Translations under genes and position numbers: made by a program
Shown: one piece after another, positions 13,307 through 15,650 of the stretch
Layout of the letters: every line of letters begins with the position of its first letter
How positions within the stretch are numbered: the first letter of the stretch is position 1
NCBI GenBank assembly: GCA_052390515.1
Contig: JBQTGV010000077.1
Span: 1-15,650 of the forward strand
Direction: 5' to 3'
From: Candidatus Eiseniibacteriota bacterium
Lineage (GTDB): Bacteria > ARS69
DNA length: 15,650 nt
The notes under the pieces: model-generated
Databases searched by the model: none
The model's input: the letters and a program-made list of their open reading frames with translations, nothing else
What the model was told of the DNA's origin: nothing

Positions 13307-14770
13307 ATGATTCGGAACAGGTTGCAAGTCTTCCCGAGTCTCGCCGGAATGGTTCTGTCGGTCGGCCTCGCCGCCTGCGGGGGTGACTCCGGCTCCGGAC
13401 CAGGGCCCATCGAGCAGCCGGTCTTCCGCGACGTGCAGGCGGTGATGACTCCGAACTGCAACACCGCGTCCTGCCACAACAGCTCCTTCCGGGCGGCCGG
13501 GCTGGCGCTCGAGACCCACGCCCAGGTCGCGGAAGGCAGCCGTTACGGGGCGACGATCGTCCCGTTCCACCCGGAGCGCAGCCACTTCTGGAGGCACCTG
13601 ACCGGCGAGACGACGCCGCTGATGCCGCTCGGCCGGGATCCCCTGTCCCCTCGAGACATGGACGTGATCCGCAAGTGGATCGAGCAGGGCGCCGTCGACG
13701 ACTCCCGCACGCCGATGTACGCGGGCGCAACCCGCAAGGGATTCGTGGCCTGTCAGGGCGAGAACGTCGTGGCCGTCATCGACCTGGATACGGGGCTGAC
13801 CATCCGCCACATCGACGTGGACGCACCGCACTCCGTGCTGGTGGATACGTCCACGCGACGGCTCTACGTCACGCGCTTCGAGACGGCGTCCGACAACATC
13901 CACGTGTACGACGCCGACACGTACGCGCTCGTGACCACGGGACGCGCCGGCACCTTCCCCGCGCTCATGGCCATCGTGAGGCCGGTCGGCCTCGGACCGC
14001 AGCTCTGGGTCACGAACTTCGACACGAGCGGCGGCGACGACGCGGTGCGGATCCTGGATCCGACGTCTCCCACCCTCGCGGAGATCACTTCGATCGAAGT
14101 GGCCGGCGCGACGCAGCCGCACGGCATCGCCGTCAAGGCCGACCAGTCGAAGGTCTACGTCTCGAACATCGGAACCGGGAACGTGACCATCTTCGGAACG
14201 ATGCCGTCCCCGACGTTCGAGGAAGGACCGATCGCCCTGCCCGCCGCAGGCTCAGCTCACCAGCCGCAGCAGTGCGTGCTCTCCAAGGACGAGAACTTCC
14301 TGTTCGTCTCCGCGCTCGGCACGGACGCCGTCTACGTGATGGACACGACGACGCTGCCGCCGAGCTTCATCCCCTCCGCGACGATCCCGACCGGGGACGC
14401 GCCGTGGCACCTCACGCTCTCTCCGGACGGAGCGAGGCTGTGGGTCGCGAACTGGCTGGGAAGCAGCGTCACCGTGGCGAACTGCGTCACGGCGACGAGC
14501 GCCTTCGTGGAGCGGACGCTCACGCCGACCCACCCCGTGGACATCACCCGACCGGCCCTGCAGCGTCCGATCGGCATCACGTTCTCGCCGGACGGCTCGC
14601 GCGTCTTCGTCGCCAGCGCGAACGACGACAACCAGGGCTCGGGACACCATCCGGCGCCGGGAGGCGAGAAGAACCCGGGCAACGTGACCATCCTGGACGC
14701 CCAGACCTATGACGTGCTCTCGGTCGCCGAGGTCCCCAACTTCGCGCGTTTCGTCAGCCTGTTGCCGTGA
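13307..14770 (+). CDS. Lipoprotein: planctomycete-type cytochrome c domain plus YVTN/YncE-type beta-propeller (487 aa)
   Basis: AAGGA SD, lipobox LAAC (Cys24), heme motif CNTASCH (CX4CH), GLAL...IVPFHPERS...LMPLG...IRKWIEQGA (PSCyt1-like), then propeller blades (LYVTRF, LWVTNF, VYVSNI, LFVSAL, LWVANW, VFVASA). Confidence 0.88.
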   Translation: MIRNRLQVFPSLAGMVLSVGLAACGGDSGSGPGPIEQPVFRDVQAVMTPNCNTASCHNSSFRAAGLALETHAQVAEGSRYGATIVPFHPERSHFWRHLTGETTPLMPLGRDPLSPRDMDVIRKWIEQGAVDDSRTPMYAGATRKGFVACQGENVVAVIDLDTGLTIRHIDVDAPHSVLVDTSTRRLYVTRFETASDNIHVYDADTYALVTTGRAGTFPALMAIVRPVGLGPQLWVTNFDTSGGDDAVRILDPTSPTLAEITSIEVAGATQPHGIAVKADQSKVYVSNIGTGNVTIFGTMPSPTFEEGPIALPAAGSAHQPQQCVLSKDENFLFVSALGTDAVYVMDTTTLPPSFIPSATIPTGDAPWHLTLSPDGARLWVANWLGSSVTVANCVTATSAFVERTLTPTHPVDITRPALQRPIGITFSPDGSRVFVASANDDNQGSGHHPAPGGEKNPGNVTILDAQTYDVLSVAEVPNFARFVSLLP

Positions 14771-15650
14771 GGCCATCGCCGTTCCTCACGCGGCTCTGCA
14801 GCGCCGCCTGCCTCGTCGCCCTCCTGCCGGCCTGCTCGAATGAAGACCCGTCCGGGCCGGGAGCACCGAGCGACGTGGATGTCACGGTGACGCAGTTCGA
14901 CCCCGCGGCTCAGGGCGAAGGCCACTTCGAGCTGTGGTTCTCGTTCGCCATTCCGAGGCTGCGGCACTCCGCGAACGCCTCCGCCGGCAAGTTCCGCGTG
15001 GACGCCACGGGTGCCGTCGTGGGGCTCGACGGTCAGCCGGCGACCTTCGCGGTGGACACGACCGATCCCGACGCGCAGCTGGACGGAGACGGGGAGCCGC
15101 GGTGGTCTCTCGTGTTGGACGCGTTCATCACCATCGAGGCGGCCGGCGACGACGACGATGTTCCCGGATCCGCGCTCGTGGGCGGCGCATTCCTGAACGG
15201 GACCGCCCAGCTCTCGCCGGGCCACGCCGACGCGGTGAACCGGAACTTCGCCGGGATCGGAGGGTCGTTCCTTCTCGAAACCCCGTCGACGTCCACTTCC
15301 GCGGATGCCGCGGAGGGGATCTGGTTCGTCGCCCCCGGAGGCGGCTCGGCCTCCCTCGACTTGCCGGCGCTTCCTGCCGGGTGGGTCTACGAAGCCTGGG
15401 TCTCGAACAACTCCGCCGGGATCACGACGCTGGGTCGCTTCTCCACCGTCGGAGGTCCGGACTCGGACGCGGACGGCCCGCTCTCGGGCGCGCCTCCGAC
15501 GGACGGCGCCGGCTATCCCTTCCCGGGCTCCGACTTCCCGTACGCTACCGGCGGCGTCGACCTGTCCGCGGCCAGCGTGTTCATCACGTTGGAGCCGGCC
15601 GACAACGCCGACGGCCCCGGTCCCTTCTTCTTGGAGCTGCTGGGCGCGCC
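14767..15650 (+). CDS. Lipoprotein with tandem RskA-C (anti-sigma-K-like) beta domains (3' end outside window)
   Basis: Not in the ORF track; translated by hand. GTGA overlap with the upstream stop. MRPSPFLTRLCSAACLVALLPAC (lipobox, Cys23). Two repeats: GHFELWF..SAGKF..AFITIEA and WVYEAWV..TLGRF..VFITLEP. Open to the window end. Confidence 0.8.
   Translation, partial: MRPSPFLTRLCSAACLVALLPACSNEDPSGPGAPSDVDVTVTQFDPAAQGEGHFELWFSFAIPRLRHSANASAGKFRVDATGAVVGLDGQPATFAVDTTDPDAQLDGDGEPRWSLVLDAFITIEAAGDDDDVPGSALVGGAFLNGTAQLSPGHADAVNRNFAGIGGSFLLETPSTSTSADAAEGIWFVAPGGGSASLDLPALPAGWVYEAWVSNNSAGITTLGRFSTVGGPDSDADGPLSGAPPTDGAGYPFPGSDFPYATGGVDLSAASVFITLEPADNADGPGPFFLELLGA

Noticed and set aside
13307-14770. 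Calling the gene nirS/nirN
   Set aside because: It shares the architecture only. The lipobox, planctomycete-type cytochrome and YVTN repeats differ, and no heme d1 biosynthesis genes are nearby.

Overview
Very GC-rich, gene-dense bacterial chromosomal window. The lipoproteins, GT-C enzymes and c-type cytochrome suggest a diderm, but the lineage cannot be fixed from the sequence alone. In order it carries: (-) a DnaQ-like DEDDh exonuclease fused to a probable WYL domain, running off the left edge, behind a (-) MFS transporter; (+) a secreted tandem retropepsin-like aspartyl protease whose ATG overlaps the MFS ATG; (-) a rhomboid protease-TPR fusion, coupled behind a (-) small protein made of two Sm/Hfq-like repeats; (+) a PilT-family ATPase followed by (+) a DUF4388/PATAN-like domain fused to a catalytically dead PilT-like domain; (+) an HD hydrolase; a ~160 bp MITE/REP-like inverted-repeat element; a (-) NUDIX / GT-C / GT39-TPR operon; and (+) a lipoprotein with a CX4CH cytochrome c plus YVTN beta-propeller, followed by a second lipoprotein running off the right edge. 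The best candidate for an undescribed system is the divergent module of tandem Sm-like protein, PilT and PATAN-pseudoPilT, a possible pilus-motor regulatory module. Two matching leaderless sigma70-type promoters and a probable CTG start codon are also visible. All family assignments come from motif recognition by eye, not from database searches.
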